A stretch of DNA of 64,000 bases from Candidatus Omnitrophota bacterium (GTDB lineage: Bacteria > Omnitrophota > Gorgyraeia > Duberdicusellales > 4484-171): positions 1 to 64,000 of the forward strand of contig JAIPGM010000004.1 in the NCBI GenBank assembly GCA_021735655.1, read 5' to 3'. Under the pieces are notes generated by a model that had not been told where the DNA came from, did no database searches, and worked only from the letters and a program-made list of their open reading frames with translations. The translations under genes and the position numbers were made by a program. Within the stretch, counting starts at the first letter, position 1; each line of letters starts with the position of its first letter. Below are positions 10,972 to 21,024 of the stretch, piece after piece.

Positions 10972-11313
10972 ATCGATCTCTACTTCCTTGGTATTTAGAA
11001 GAGTATTGTGCACCGGGCAATTGTGAATAAACCTCAAGAATACCTCTTTTTTATCTCCTAACTGAGCATCGGTGTCTACTTTAACCTTGATGTCAACAAT
11101 CCTGGCCGGGCTTTCAGTGGTTAATTCACCAGTCACCATAATTTCAAGCTTTGTAAATGCTATCGCATGGCGCTCCAAATATTTATTAGCATATACTCCA
11201 ATACAACCTCCCAAAGCCGAAAGCAATACTTCCAAAAAATTTGCCTGACCAAACTGAGACTCTTTACCCTTTGAAAATTGTAATTTAACTCTTACTTCCA
11301 TTTTACACTCCAC
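10963..11313 (-). CDS. OsmC/Ohr family peroxiredoxin-like protein
   Basis: 116 aa. Has the two-Cys pattern (GGC...HNCPV) typical of OsmC. Confidence 0.55.
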   Translation of the reverse strand: MECKMEVRVKLQFSKGKESQFGQANFLEVLLSALGGCIGVYANKYLERHAIAFTKLEIMVTGELTTESPARIVDIKVKVDTDAQLGDKKEVFLRFIHNCPVHNTLLNTKEVEIDLL

Positions 11314-13024
11314 TCAAAGAAAGAATGACATTTAAACCAAAACCAACCAAAACAGCCACTATAAGCATAATACAAACTGATTTTAACATATCCTTAATAC
11401 CTAACTCCTTAATTAATACGACAAAAGTAGCGATGCAAGGAAAGTATACTGCCAGCACTGTTGATCCGACAATCAGCTGTCTTAAACTTAAATCAAGCGG
11501 CCTAAGCATTCCTACAGCCACATCCTTTCTTAAAAAACCAATCACCAGTGCTCCGATTGCCTCTTTAGGCAATCCCCAAAGACGAGTAACTAAAGGTGAA
11601 AGAATAACTGCTAAAAAGTCAATTATCTTTAGAAAAAAAAGAACATTTACTACCAATATTCCCAAAAGCACTAAAGGTAAGGCTTCTCTTAAAAATCCGC
11701 TTATCCTAATCCAGAGTTTCTTTAACACGCCAACTAAATGCGGCCGGCGATAGGGAGGAATTTCTAATAATATTTCCGGACTTATACCTTTAGTAAAAGC
11801 ATTAAGCAACCAACCCAAGATTAACCAAAGACAAAACAAAGTCCCTAAAACAATCGCTATGTACTGGCCGCCAAAACGACCCAAAATATTTATAATCATC
11901 GCTGTCTGAGCCATACAGGGAACAGCGATTGCCAAGAGAGTAGCTGAGATGAATTTTTCCCTTCTTTCCTCAAACAAACGGGTGGCTAAAGCTCCCGGCA
12001 CATTGCATCCTAAACCTAAAATCATCGGAACAATAGCATAGCCATGTAACCCTAGACGGTGAAAAATTCTATCACCTAGAATTGCCAATCTCGGCAAATA
12101 ACCCCAATCCTCTAATACTCCTAGAATCAAATAAAAACTAAAAATGTAAGGTAAAACCATTGCTACTGGAACATATAACCCGGTAGTCAAAATACCAAAA
12201 GAAACACCATAGTCTATACTCCCCTCGATTAGATTGCCGATAAAAATATCGTGAAGGAAGCTCCCCTCCTTTAATAAAAGACTTAGCTTCATAATTAAGG
12301 GAGTATAAATATTATTGAAAAAAGGATTAAAAACATAGTTAATTAACCCTTCACCAAGAAACCTAATTATCAAAAATGATAAAAACACGATAAAGCCGGC
12401 AATAAAAAAAGAAAACGGAGGTTTAATGCTTAAATCTTGCAAGATATCTAGAAAGCTATGATGACGATGAGTGAGTTTCTGAACTTGGGAAACTAAATCG
12501 CCAATCTCAACCCAAATCGGATTTTTAACCTTCTTTAAAGGAGAGGTGCTTGCCTGATCGATTCTTTGGACTAAGTCCTTAATTCCTTCACCGCTAAGCG
12601 CACAGGTAGCCACTACCGGAACACCTAATAATTTCTCTAGTTTAACTTTGTTAATCTCAATACCTTTATGCTTTGTTTCATCCCACATATTAAGCACCAC
12701 CTGCATTGGTGTATCGGTTTTTCGAATCAACTCTAAAGTTAGATAAAGATTCCTTTCTAGATTGGTAGCATCAATTATGTTAATAATTAAATCTGCCTCT
12801 TTAAGCAACTCTACTGATACCTTTTCTGCTTTACTGGTAGGCTTTAAGCTATAGGTACCCGGGGTATCAATTATCTCGGCTTCAATGTTAAAAAATTTCA
12901 TGGTACCTTTAGTAAAGGTAACTGTGGTTCCTGGATAGTTAGAAGCAATCACCTTTGTTCCGGTTAGACGCGAAAAAATTACGCTTTTGCCTACGTTAGG
13001 ATTTCCAATTAAAACTACTTTCAT
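11303..13024 (-). CDS. feoB: ferrous iron transporter B
   Basis: N-terminal G-domain GNPNVGKS, followed by a polytopic membrane domain. Length 573 aa. Confidence 0.9.
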   Translation of the reverse strand: MKVVLIGNPNVGKSVIFSRLTGTKVIASNYPGTTVTFTKGTMKFFNIEAEIIDTPGTYSLKPTSKAEKVSVELLKEADLIINIIDATNLERNLYLTLELIRKTDTPMQVVLNMWDETKHKGIEINKVKLEKLLGVPVVATCALSGEGIKDLVQRIDQASTSPLKKVKNPIWVEIGDLVSQVQKLTHRHHSFLDILQDLSIKPPFSFFIAGFIVFLSFLIIRFLGEGLINYVFNPFFNNIYTPLIMKLSLLLKEGSFLHDIFIGNLIEGSIDYGVSFGILTTGLYVPVAMVLPYIFSFYLILGVLEDWGYLPRLAILGDRIFHRLGLHGYAIVPMILGLGCNVPGALATRLFEERREKFISATLLAIAVPCMAQTAMIINILGRFGGQYIAIVLGTLFCLWLILGWLLNAFTKGISPEILLEIPPYRRPHLVGVLKKLWIRISGFLREALPLVLLGILVVNVLFFLKIIDFLAVILSPLVTRLWGLPKEAIGALVIGFLRKDVAVGMLRPLDLSLRQLIVGSTVLAVYFPCIATFVVLIKELGIKDMLKSVCIMLIVAVLVGFGLNVILSLSGV

Positions 13025-13248
13025 AACTCACCTACGATAACTTTCACCGCCAGGCCACGACCGAGAGCAATCTCGGTTTGACCGGCTTTTACAATTATTG
13101 GACCATGGGTAAACATACCTCTAATTTTTTTAACTATTACCCCTTCCCTAAGGCCTAAGTTTTTAAGTTTCTCCTGAGAATTCTTGCCTCCATCTATACT
13201 CACTACCTTTGCCGCTTGGCCGTCTTTTAGTTCAACTAAATTTAACAT
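13021..13248 (-). CDS. feoA: ferrous iron transport protein A
   Basis: 75 aa SH3-like FeoA immediately upstream of feoB, with overlapping stop and start. Confidence 0.7.
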   Translation of the reverse strand: MLNLVELKDGQAAKVVSIDGGKNSQEKLKNLGLREGVIVKKIRGMFTHGPIIVKAGQTEIALGRGLAVKVIVGEL

Positions 13249-13652
13249 TATTTACACTCCTTACAAATACCAACAATCCTTAAAGTATGCTTAAAAGCTT
13301 TGAAGCTTTTTTTGCGACAAGCTTGATCTTGTAATTTTTCTATATTTTTATCCTCAAATTCGATTATCTTCCCGCAGCGTAAGCAATAAAGGTGATCATG
13401 ATGCTTATCGTTACCGGAAACTTCATAGATCTTAAAGCCTTTACCTAAATCAATTGCCTCTAAGATTCCTTTTTCGTAAAAAAGCTTAAGGGTCCGGAAG
13501 GTGCTAGCTCGAGAAGCCTTACTATTTTTCCGCCGAAGATTTCTTAAAACATCTTCGGCGGAAAAATGTCTCTTTCTCAAAGAAAAAATCAACTTAGCGA
13601 TTTCAGCTCTGGCTTGGGTACTTCGAATATTATGCTTTAACAATAAATCCAT
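13248..13652 (-). CDS. fur: Fur family metal-responsive transcriptional regulator
   Basis: 134 aa. HHDHLYCLRCGKIIEF metal-site motif and a C-terminal CxxC. Confidence 0.8.
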   Translation of the reverse strand: MDLLLKHNIRSTQARAEIAKLIFSLRKRHFSAEDVLRNLRRKNSKASRASTFRTLKLFYEKGILEAIDLGKGFKIYEVSGNDKHHDHLYCLRCGKIIEFEDKNIEKLQDQACRKKSFKAFKHTLRIVGICKECK

Positions 13653-13666
13653 AACTCTTCTGTTTA

Positions 13667-13710
13667 TTGAGACTGAGTCTCAATTATACTCTAAACCCAA
13701 AAACTGTCAA
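13667..13710 (-). promoter_or_regulatory. sigma70-like promoter with a 17-bp perfect palindrome operator upstream of fur-feoAB
   Basis: On the minus strand: TTGACA (13705-13710), a 16-nt spacer, TATAAT (13683-13688), then the palindrome TTGAGACTGAGTCTCAA (13667-13683) at the predicted transcription start. Confidence 0.6.
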
Positions 13711-13737
13711 CAAAATATCTAATAATAATCGGGAGGG

Positions 13738-15435
13738 TTAACTAGCGTTTTCTAAAGAATCAACTTGTCGCTGGAGTTCAATTACTTTAGTTGAAATGAA
13801 TTTTTTCAAGGATCGCCTTTCGATAAAACCTTCCATGACCCCTGCGTTATTCGTAACCGGCACGTATTCAAGATTATACCTATCAATTAACTCCTTAACC
13901 GAGAGTAATAATGACTCCGGCCGAACTGAGTCCACCGGGGGTTCCATAAAATCTACGGCTAAAAGTAAATCATTTAAACCAGTAGCCATAAATATGTTTC
14001 TTATATTATCAATGCTAATGATACCAAGAAGTTTTTTATTCTTATCGACAACCGGATAATGTGAATTGTCGCTTGCGCTAAAAATATTCAAAATTTCAGC
14101 TAAAGGTGTATTTTTATATATTAATGGCGGATTCTTATCCATTACTTCTGCGGCCAAAGTCTTGTCCATCAAATCCTCTTCACTAATATTCAAGCCAACT
14201 TCTTTGGCTTTAATCATTGCTAATTTAGTTAGGGCCGGACCGACCAATTGCAAAATAAAAGTAGTGCCGGTAATAACTATGACTATGGTATTACCAATAT
14301 CGCCAGGGAAGTATTGAGCGGCCAAAATAGATAAACCAATAGCTACCCCAGCCTGGCTAAATAAACCTAAAGGTAGATAACGCTGAACTGTTTTCGGTGC
14401 TCCGGAAATACGGGCACCAAAACGAGCGCCAAATGTTTTTCCGAGCATAGTGCCAACTACATATATTCCTACCAGCAGAACCGTCGAAGGAACCATCTGG
14501 CCAAGATTTAATTTTGCACCCACCAGAACAAAAAAAAGTACATATATCGGTGGAGTAAAGGCTCCAACCAGTTTAAAAACGTCTTTACTTTTGCGCGGGC
14601 TGTAGTTAGTGGCAATCACTCCCAAAGTCATTACCGCTAACAGCATATCCACATGTATAGCCAGAGATAAACCAGCAACTAACAACACTATGCCGACAGA
14701 AAAAGCCAGCAGCCTAGCTTCTTCGGAATACTTCTTAAGAATACTAATTAACCCTAATCCGGAAAGGCAACCCACCATAATAGCCCCGCCTACCTCATAC
14801 AAAGGCCAAAGAAAAGCGGTCCAAAAAGTAGTATTTACTTTGCCGATTAGGGCTCCGGCAATGCTTGAAGCAATAACAAAAAGTAACAGGGCCAGACCAT
14901 CATCTAAGGCGACTATGGCCAAAATAGAACGAGTCAGAGGTCCGCGAGTTTTGTACTCACGCAATACTTCGGTGGTTGTAGCCGGGTCAGTAGCTGAAGC
15001 AATAGCACCAAAAAGCAAAGCCATAGCAAAAGACATTCTCCAATCTCCAAATAAAAACAAACCAGCAAAACCAATCAATAAGCTAACCAGAAGAAAAGGG
15101 CCAATGCCTTCACAAAAAAGAATAGTCATCATCTGTCGGCCATATTTAGAAAATACTTCTTTTTTTAACTCACCGCCAACCATGAAACCAATTAAACCTA
15201 AGGCAAAATAGTTAAACGGCTGTAAAGCCGAAACTACACTTTGGTCAACCATTCCTAAGCCTGATTCTCCAATAGCTAAACCAATAGCTATATAACCTAC
15301 CACTTGGGGTATTTTCAGTTTTTGGAATAGCCGACCTCCGATAGTTCCGCCAAAAAGAGCTAGACCTAAAAGAAATAACATATTCAGATGGGGCAATGAG
15401 ACTTTGGATAAAAAAGCGCTAAATTGTTCTAACAT
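13738..15435 (-). CDS. monovalent cation:proton antiporter (CPA family) with a C-terminal CBS-domain pair
   Basis: About 12 TM helices followed by a soluble C-terminal region with CBS-like repeats. Length 565 aa. Confidence 0.75.
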   Translation of the reverse strand: MLEQFSAFLSKVSLPHLNMLFLLGLALFGGTIGGRLFQKLKIPQVVGYIAIGLAIGESGLGMVDQSVVSALQPFNYFALGLIGFMVGGELKKEVFSKYGRQMMTILFCEGIGPFLLVSLLIGFAGLFLFGDWRMSFAMALLFGAIASATDPATTTEVLREYKTRGPLTRSILAIVALDDGLALLLFVIASSIAGALIGKVNTTFWTAFLWPLYEVGGAIMVGCLSGLGLISILKKYSEEARLLAFSVGIVLLVAGLSLAIHVDMLLAVMTLGVIATNYSPRKSKDVFKLVGAFTPPIYVLFFVLVGAKLNLGQMVPSTVLLVGIYVVGTMLGKTFGARFGARISGAPKTVQRYLPLGLFSQAGVAIGLSILAAQYFPGDIGNTIVIVITGTTFILQLVGPALTKLAMIKAKEVGLNISEEDLMDKTLAAEVMDKNPPLIYKNTPLAEILNIFSASDNSHYPVVDKNKKLLGIISIDNIRNIFMATGLNDLLLAVDFMEPPVDSVRPESLLLSVKELIDRYNLEYVPVTNNAGVMEGFIERRSLKKFISTKVIELQRQVDSLENAS

Positions 15436-15531
15436 AGATTAAATAAAAGGATTAATTAGTTTAAGCAAATATTAAACACCTAGGAGTGATTTTGTCAACA
15501 AAATAAAGAATAGCCATAATCGACAAAAAAC

Positions 15532-16866
15532 TTAAAGACATTTAATTATTCGGTAAGTCTTTTTTAAAATGTTCCGTAAATCGCTAATCTTTATTGATAA
15601 AGGTAAATAAAAATATACGATATTACCTAAAGGGCGCAGGATAACCCCCTGCCTCAAGCCTTCCCGATAAATTTTAAGACCAATTCTCTCCTTAAAGCTA
15701 AACTGTTTTTTGGTTTTCTTGTTCTTAACTAACTCTAAAGCCCCAATCATTCCTTTATAACGCAGGTCTCCAACCAATTTTAGTTCTCGAAAATTTTCTA
15801 GCCCTTTATGAAATTCTGGCAACAACTGGTTAACTCTCTCTAATGTCCGCTCTTGTTTAAACAAAGCTAAACTAGCTAAGGCAGCTGAACAAGCGATTGG
15901 ATTAGCAGTATAGGTATGGCCATGATAAAAAGTTTTCTTCTTTTCATAGTCAGCACAAAAAGCTTTAAATATTTTTTCAGTAGTTAAGGTTATCGCTAAA
16001 GGCAGATAGCCAGAGGTTATTCCTTTGGAAAGACAAATAAAGTCTGGCTTTGTCTTTGTATGTTCACAAGCAAACATCTTTCCGGTTCGGCCAAAACCAG
16101 TTGCAACTTCATCTAAAATCAAATGAACCTTATATTTTTTAGCAAGCCGGGATACTTTTTTCAAATACTGTTCAGGATAAATAATCATTCCCCCGGCAGC
16201 CATAACTAACGGCTCTAAAATTATCGCAGCCACTTCCCGGCTTTTTTTCTTTAACAACTGCTCAAGAGTATTAGCACATTCCATATTACAAGTTGATCTT
16301 TCTTTATTTAAAGGGCAACGGTAGCAATAAGGCGAGGGAACCTTAAAACTCTTAAAAAATAAAGGTTTAAACATCTGATTAAATAAATCTACCCCACCCA
16401 CACTCATTGCACCGATAGTATCGCCATGATAACCATGATCGAGTGAAATAAACTTTGTCTTATTTATCTTGCCTAGATTCTGCCAATACTGAAAAGATAT
16501 CTTAAGTGCTACTTCTACTGCGGTTGAACCATTATCAGAGTAAAAAACCTTAGTAAGATTACTCGAAGTAATTGAAACTAACTTTTCAGCTAACTCAATG
16601 GCCGACCGATGGGTAAATCCAGCAAACAAAGTGTGATCCAAAAACTTTAGCTGCTTAGTTATCGCTGAATTTATTTTAGGATGGTTATGACCGTGAATAT
16701 TGCACCACCAGCTGGAAATAGTATCGTAATAAGACTTACCCTTTACATCGTAGAGCTTTACTCCTTTTGCCCGAGCAATTAAAATCGGTGGGTATTTACG
16801 GCAATCCTTCATCTGAGTATAAGGATGCCAAATATATTTTGAATCTTTTTTTATCCAATGATTCAT
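15532..16866 (-). CDS. bioA: adenosylmethionine-8-amino-7-oxononanoate aminotransferase
   Basis: Class III aminotransferase of 444 aa with a PLP lysine region (DEVATGFGRTGK). Sits in the bio operon. Confidence 0.9.
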   Translation of the reverse strand: MNHWIKKDSKYIWHPYTQMKDCRKYPPILIARAKGVKLYDVKGKSYYDTISSWWCNIHGHNHPKINSAITKQLKFLDHTLFAGFTHRSAIELAEKLVSITSSNLTKVFYSDNGSTAVEVALKISFQYWQNLGKINKTKFISLDHGYHGDTIGAMSVGGVDLFNQMFKPLFFKSFKVPSPYCYRCPLNKERSTCNMECANTLEQLLKKKSREVAAIILEPLVMAAGGMIIYPEQYLKKVSRLAKKYKVHLILDEVATGFGRTGKMFACEHTKTKPDFICLSKGITSGYLPLAITLTTEKIFKAFCADYEKKKTFYHGHTYTANPIACSAALASLALFKQERTLERVNQLLPEFHKGLENFRELKLVGDLRYKGMIGALELVKNKKTKKQFSFKERIGLKIYREGLRQGVILRPLGNIVYFYLPLSIKISDLRNILKKTYRIIKCL

Positions 16867-17504
16867 ATCAACTTTTTTCCGATAGGAATAAATTTTTTAT
16901 ACAAAAAATTCTTACTTCTAGAGTAAGGCAAAATACCTAAGATCTTTTCTTGGCTAATTGCTTTTACTATCTGAGGATTATCTTTTACTACAATCTTGTT
17001 TTCTTTTGGCTTTAAATTATTAAAAACCAGGCCGATTATTTTCATCTTTCTTTTCCTTATTGCCTCAATGGTCAAAAGAGTATGGTTGATAGCCCCTAAT
17101 TTATTAGCTACAACGACTATTGTAGGGAGATTTAGATCTTTGGCGATGTCAATTACCAATCTTTTTTTGCTAAAAGGCACTAAAGCTCCACCGATTCCTT
17201 CAACTATTACAAAATCAAAATTTTTAGCTAAAAGCTTAAAACTTCTTTTGATCTTAACTTCTTGAATGCTCCTCTTCTCGCTCCTAGCGGCTAAATGTGG
17301 CGAAGCTGGAAACTTAAAGCGATAGGTTCTAGTTAAAGGGCAGGGCTTATTTAGATTCCGGCATCCGGTTTCGATCCACTTCTGGGTTGCAACTCGATAA
17401 CTTTTTTCCTTTAAGAATCTTGCCAACAAACTAGTTACAATAGTTTTGCCTACTCCGGTATCGGTTCCAGTTACAAAAATACCGTTCATTTTACCCCCCG
17501 ACAA
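16863..17504 (-). CDS. bioD: dethiobiotin synthetase
   Basis: P-loop GTDTGVGKT. Length 213 aa. Confidence 0.85.
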   Translation of the reverse strand: MSGGKMNGIFVTGTDTGVGKTIVTSLLARFLKEKSYRVATQKWIETGCRNLNKPCPLTRTYRFKFPASPHLAARSEKRSIQEVKIKRSFKLLAKNFDFVIVEGIGGALVPFSKKRLVIDIAKDLNLPTIVVVANKLGAINHTLLTIEAIRKRKMKIIGLVFNNLKPKENKIVVKDNPQIVKAISQEKILGILPYSRSKNFLYKKFIPIGKKLI

Positions 17505-18247
17505 AAATAAACTTGATAAGTCACGTTAATCTTGTTAAATTTAGCTAAATATATTTTCTCAATTGCCGCAATTTTGCTCTTAGTCCAAAAACCCTGCCGA
17601 GAGCTGCCTCTGACGCCGGTATATTTTATTTTTTCTAATAGCTCCTTCAACGAACCATGACTTTCTTTGTAGGTTTCTTCCTCTATCTTAACTTTCCTTA
17701 AACTAGCCTCAAGGAAACTATCTATTTTCTCTTTGTCCGGAAAATTAGCCGCAGGTAATGGCGAACTATTCTGAGAAAACTCTTTCAACGAACTTTGAAG
17801 TTCGCAAAAAGTGTTCGGACCGAAAGTAGAAAATAAAATCAGGCCCTCGTCTTTTAAAAATTTAGTATATTTTTTCAAAACCCTGGCTAAATTATCAAAC
17901 CACTGAAAAGTTGCGTTCGAACTTATTAAATCAAATTCCTCGTTAAAATCAGTTGTTTCAGCATCAGCAGTAATGAATTCAATATCTTTACTCCTCAACT
18001 TAGTTTTAGAAACCCCAACCATCTCTTTAGATATATCAATCGCTTTTATCTGCGCCTTGGGAAAACACTCCTTAAGTAAGCTGGTATAATTTCCAGTTCC
18101 ACAACCAATATCTAATATTTTATTAAACTTTTTAGCCTCCGCTATTTTAATCAATTTTAAACCAGAGAGGCCCTGGACTGTCGAATAACAATCATAAACC
18201 TTGGCATACCTTGAAAAATTACGTCTTACAATTTCCTTATTAATCAT
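17486..18247 (-). CDS. bioC: malonyl-ACP O-methyltransferase
   Basis: SAM-methyltransferase motif I ILDIGCGTG. Length 253 aa. Positioned between bioH and bioD. Confidence 0.75.
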   Translation of the reverse strand: MINKEIVRRNFSRYAKVYDCYSTVQGLSGLKLIKIAEAKKFNKILDIGCGTGNYTSLLKECFPKAQIKAIDISKEMVGVSKTKLRSKDIEFITADAETTDFNEEFDLISSNATFQWFDNLARVLKKYTKFLKDEGLILFSTFGPNTFCELQSSLKEFSQNSSPLPAANFPDKEKIDSFLEASLRKVKIEEETYKESHGSLKELLEKIKYTGVRGSSRQGFWTKSKIAAIEKIYLAKFNKINVTYQVYFCRGVK

Positions 18248-18936
18248 AAATATCCAGCTACATCCTTTTCCAAAAAAACTGCATGCCCGGCTCCTTTCAC
18301 TAAGATAAATTCCGCCTGAGGCAAGTTATCTTTAATATCCTTAACTTCGGCCAAAGGAACGATTTTATCATTCTCGCCTTGGATAATTACTACCTGGTTC
18401 AAAACTCTTAAGCCCGAGACATCTATTTCAGTTTGCTCTAAGTAATTTAACCCTTCAAGCAAAAAAGATAAATCTAAATCCTTAAGATAATCTTTCATCA
18501 GACCCTTTCTAAACTTAAGACTTGTTTTTTGATTAGAAAAACACTGGCTGTAGAACCTAGAAAGATACCCCTTTTTACTTCGCTTAAGAAAATTTCTTAT
18601 TTCTGCTAATTGAATTGCCGGATATTTATTTCTTATACCTACTAAAATAAGCTTATCTACAATTTGAGGAAACTTGGCACTAAAATTTGCGGCTAAAAGT
18701 CCTCCCAGAGACCAACCAAAAAAAGAAAGGCGACTTATCTTATTGTCTCGAATTACTTTAAGCAGTTTCCGTTCAAAATCAAAAGGAGAGCAAAAAAAAG
18801 GAATTAAATAATTAAAGTTTAGATCTAAAGAATCAAAAATCCTATAGTCGCTGGCCCAACCAGGAACTAAAACCATCAATTCTCGACTCCCTCGATCGAT
18901 ATACTTAAAACTGTCTGTTGATTGAAATGACATCAT
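18244..18936 (-). CDS. bioH: pimeloyl-ACP methyl ester esterase (alpha/beta hydrolase)
   Basis: Nucleophile elbow GWSLGG, as in E. coli BioH. Length 230 aa. Confidence 0.7.
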   Translation of the reverse strand: MMSFQSTDSFKYIDRGSRELMVLVPGWASDYRIFDSLDLNFNYLIPFFCSPFDFERKLLKVIRDNKISRLSFFGWSLGGLLAANFSAKFPQIVDKLILVGIRNKYPAIQLAEIRNFLKRSKKGYLSRFYSQCFSNQKTSLKFRKGLMKDYLKDLDLSFLLEGLNYLEQTEIDVSGLRVLNQVVIIQGENDKIVPLAEVKDIKDNLPQAEFILVKGAGHAVFLEKDVAGYL

Positions 18937-20062
18937 TGATTAACTTATCTAATATCTGTTTTTTATGCTCGCTGGTCAACGAAAACCGCAAGCGAGCCTC
19001 ATTCTTAGGCACAGTAGGTGGCCTTATCGGAAGAACCCAATAGCCCCTAGACTTAAGCTCCTGACTTATTTTAACCGATCTTTGACTGTCGCCGACAATC
19101 CAAGGTATTATCTGAGAAGCACCTCTCAATTCAAGCCCCTGTTTCTTTAGCTGATTATAAAAATAGTCAGCATTATCAAGAAGGGTTTTCCTCCTGAATG
19201 GCTCAGTCGCTACCAAATCTAAACTAGCTAGGTTGGAAGCTATGACCGAAGCCGGCAAGGCTGTAGAATAAATAAAACTGCGACACTTATTTATTAAGTA
19301 TTGCTTTACTTTTTCTGAGCAAGCAAGATAAGCCCCAAAACTTCCCAAGGCCTTAGAAAAAGTTCCCATTATTAAATCGACTCTATCAGCTAAATTATAT
19401 TCTTCAACTAGACCTGAGCCATTTTGGCCAAATATTCCGGTAGCATGAGCTTCATCAACCATTAACTTACAGTTGTACTTATCTTTTAATATAACAATTT
19501 CCGAAATGTTAGCCTTGTCACCATCCATACTAAAAACAGTCTCAGTAATTATCGCCGCCGCCTTGAATTTATTTCTTTCTTTTTTTAAAAGCATCTTAAG
19601 ATGATCTAAGTCATTGTGCTGAAACCGAAATAATTTGGCACCGGAAAGACTTATCCCATCAATTATACTGGCATGACTTAGACGATCAGAAAAAATAACA
19701 TCGCCTCTTCCCCAAAGAGCACTGACTATACCTAAATTAGCCTGATAACCAGAGTTGAAAACTAAAGCCGCTGGCTTACCCTTAAATACTGCTAGTCTCT
19801 CCTCTAATTGATGGAAAATTTCTAAGTCGCCGCTTAAAAGACGTGAGGCTGAGGAACCGGTACCGAATTGATCCAGGGCCTTTTTTGAGGCCACCTTTAG
19901 CTTAGGGTGGCTGGACAAACCTAGGTAGTCGTTCGACGAAAAATCAACATACTCCCGAGAGTCAATCCAAATAGTCCCTTTCAATCTAAGACTGGCCGGA
20001 CTTAAAGTCCTCAGGAGATTATTATCTTTTTGTATTTTAAAAAAATCTTCTATTTTCTCCAT
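18905..20062 (-). CDS. bioF: 8-amino-7-oxononanoate synthase
   Basis: Alpha-oxoamine synthase family. PLP lysine motif GTFSKALG. Length 385 aa. Confidence 0.9.
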   Translation of the reverse strand: MEKIEDFFKIQKDNNLLRTLSPASLRLKGTIWIDSREYVDFSSNDYLGLSSHPKLKVASKKALDQFGTGSSASRLLSGDLEIFHQLEERLAVFKGKPAALVFNSGYQANLGIVSALWGRGDVIFSDRLSHASIIDGISLSGAKLFRFQHNDLDHLKMLLKKERNKFKAAAIITETVFSMDGDKANISEIVILKDKYNCKLMVDEAHATGIFGQNGSGLVEEYNLADRVDLIMGTFSKALGSFGAYLACSEKVKQYLINKCRSFIYSTALPASVIASNLASLDLVATEPFRRKTLLDNADYFYNQLKKQGLELRGASQIIPWIVGDSQRSVKISQELKSRGYWVLPIRPPTVPKNEARLRFSLTSEHKKQILDKLINDVISINRQF

Positions 20063-20964
20063 AAATCCTCTATTTGCTTAATCAACTTATAATCTTCTTT
20101 TGGCTTCTGACCCTTAACCGTGAGATAGCCACCAATCAACATACCATTGGCTCCAGCCATAAAACCTTGACTCTGATGATCCTTTAATATTGTTTCCCGA
20201 CCAGCCGCTATCTTGATAATCTTATCTTTTAAAATTATTCTAAAAATACATATTGTCCTTATCGCATCCTCATAAGTTATTGGCTTAATTGACTCTAGGG
20301 GTGTTCCTTTAATCGGAACCAAAAAATTTATTGGCACTGAATCAGCATTAAGCTCTTTTAAAATATAAGCCATATCAAATCTATCCTGCCAGCTCTCACC
20401 CATGCCAACTATTCCGCCGCTACAAACTTCTAAGCCAACCTCTTTTGCTGCTTTTATAGTATCAACTCTTTCCTTAAAGCTGTGAGTAGAAACAATTCGA
20501 GGATAAAAATTTTCTGAAGTTTCTATATTATGATGATAGCGAACTAATCCAGACTGTTTTAATTTTTCTAAATCAGACTTAGGCAATGCCCCTAAAGATC
20601 CACAAACAGTAATATCAAAATTATCTTTTATCTCAACGATACTTGAAATTATCACCGCTAGCTCTTCGGCTGTTAAGCGATTACCGCTGGTAACAATTCC
20701 AAACTTTTTAGCTCCAATAGCCTTAGCCGCTTTAGCTGCGGCTATGATTTCTTGTTTAGTTTTAAGTGGATAAGTAGAAATATCAATTCGATGCTTATGA
20801 GATTGGGCGCAAAACTTACAGTCTTCGCCACAAGATCCGGATTTAGCGTTTAAAATCGAACAAAGCTCTAGCTCTTGACCCAAAAACTTTTGCCTGATTT
20901 TATTGGCTTGAATAAGTAATTCGGAAAGCGGTGATTGCAATAGGCTTAAATCTTCTTTTCCCAC
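20050..20964 (-). CDS. bioB: biotin synthase (radical SAM)
   Basis: CGEDCKFCAQS (CxxxCxxC) cluster motif. Length 304 aa. Confidence 0.9.
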   Translation of the reverse strand: MGKEDLSLLQSPLSELLIQANKIRQKFLGQELELCSILNAKSGSCGEDCKFCAQSHKHRIDISTYPLKTKQEIIAAAKAAKAIGAKKFGIVTSGNRLTAEELAVIISSIVEIKDNFDITVCGSLGALPKSDLEKLKQSGLVRYHHNIETSENFYPRIVSTHSFKERVDTIKAAKEVGLEVCSGGIVGMGESWQDRFDMAYILKELNADSVPINFLVPIKGTPLESIKPITYEDAIRTICIFRIILKDKIIKIAAGRETILKDHQSQGFMAGANGMLIGGYLTVKGQKPKEDYKLIKQIEDLWRK

Positions 20965-20972
20965 TAACTATC

Positions 20973-21024
20973 ATTATATTAAGGCTAATTTATTTGTCAA
21001 CCAAATTAGATAGTTAGTTTACAA
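20973..21024 (-). promoter_or_regulatory. bioO-like BirA operator overlapping a consensus promoter for bioBFHCDA
   Basis: Inverted repeat TTGTCAACC (20994-21002) ... AGTTTACAA (21016-21024), compared with E. coli bioO TTGTAAACC...GGTTTACAA. On the minus strand the -35 TTGACA sits inside a half-site, followed by a 16-nt spacer and a -10 TATAAT (20973-20978). Confidence 0.65.

Noticed and set aside
14609-15211. 200-aa plus-strand ORF (and similar ones at 5075-5512, 31621-32097, 34019-34519, 13796-14317, 11325-11753, 9414-9698)
   Set aside because: Each lies entirely antisense to a minus-strand gene with strong family signatures: antiporter, GH65, DUF1573 protein, CopA, FeoB, EF-G. Their translations are low-complexity with no motifs, so they are treated as shadow ORFs.
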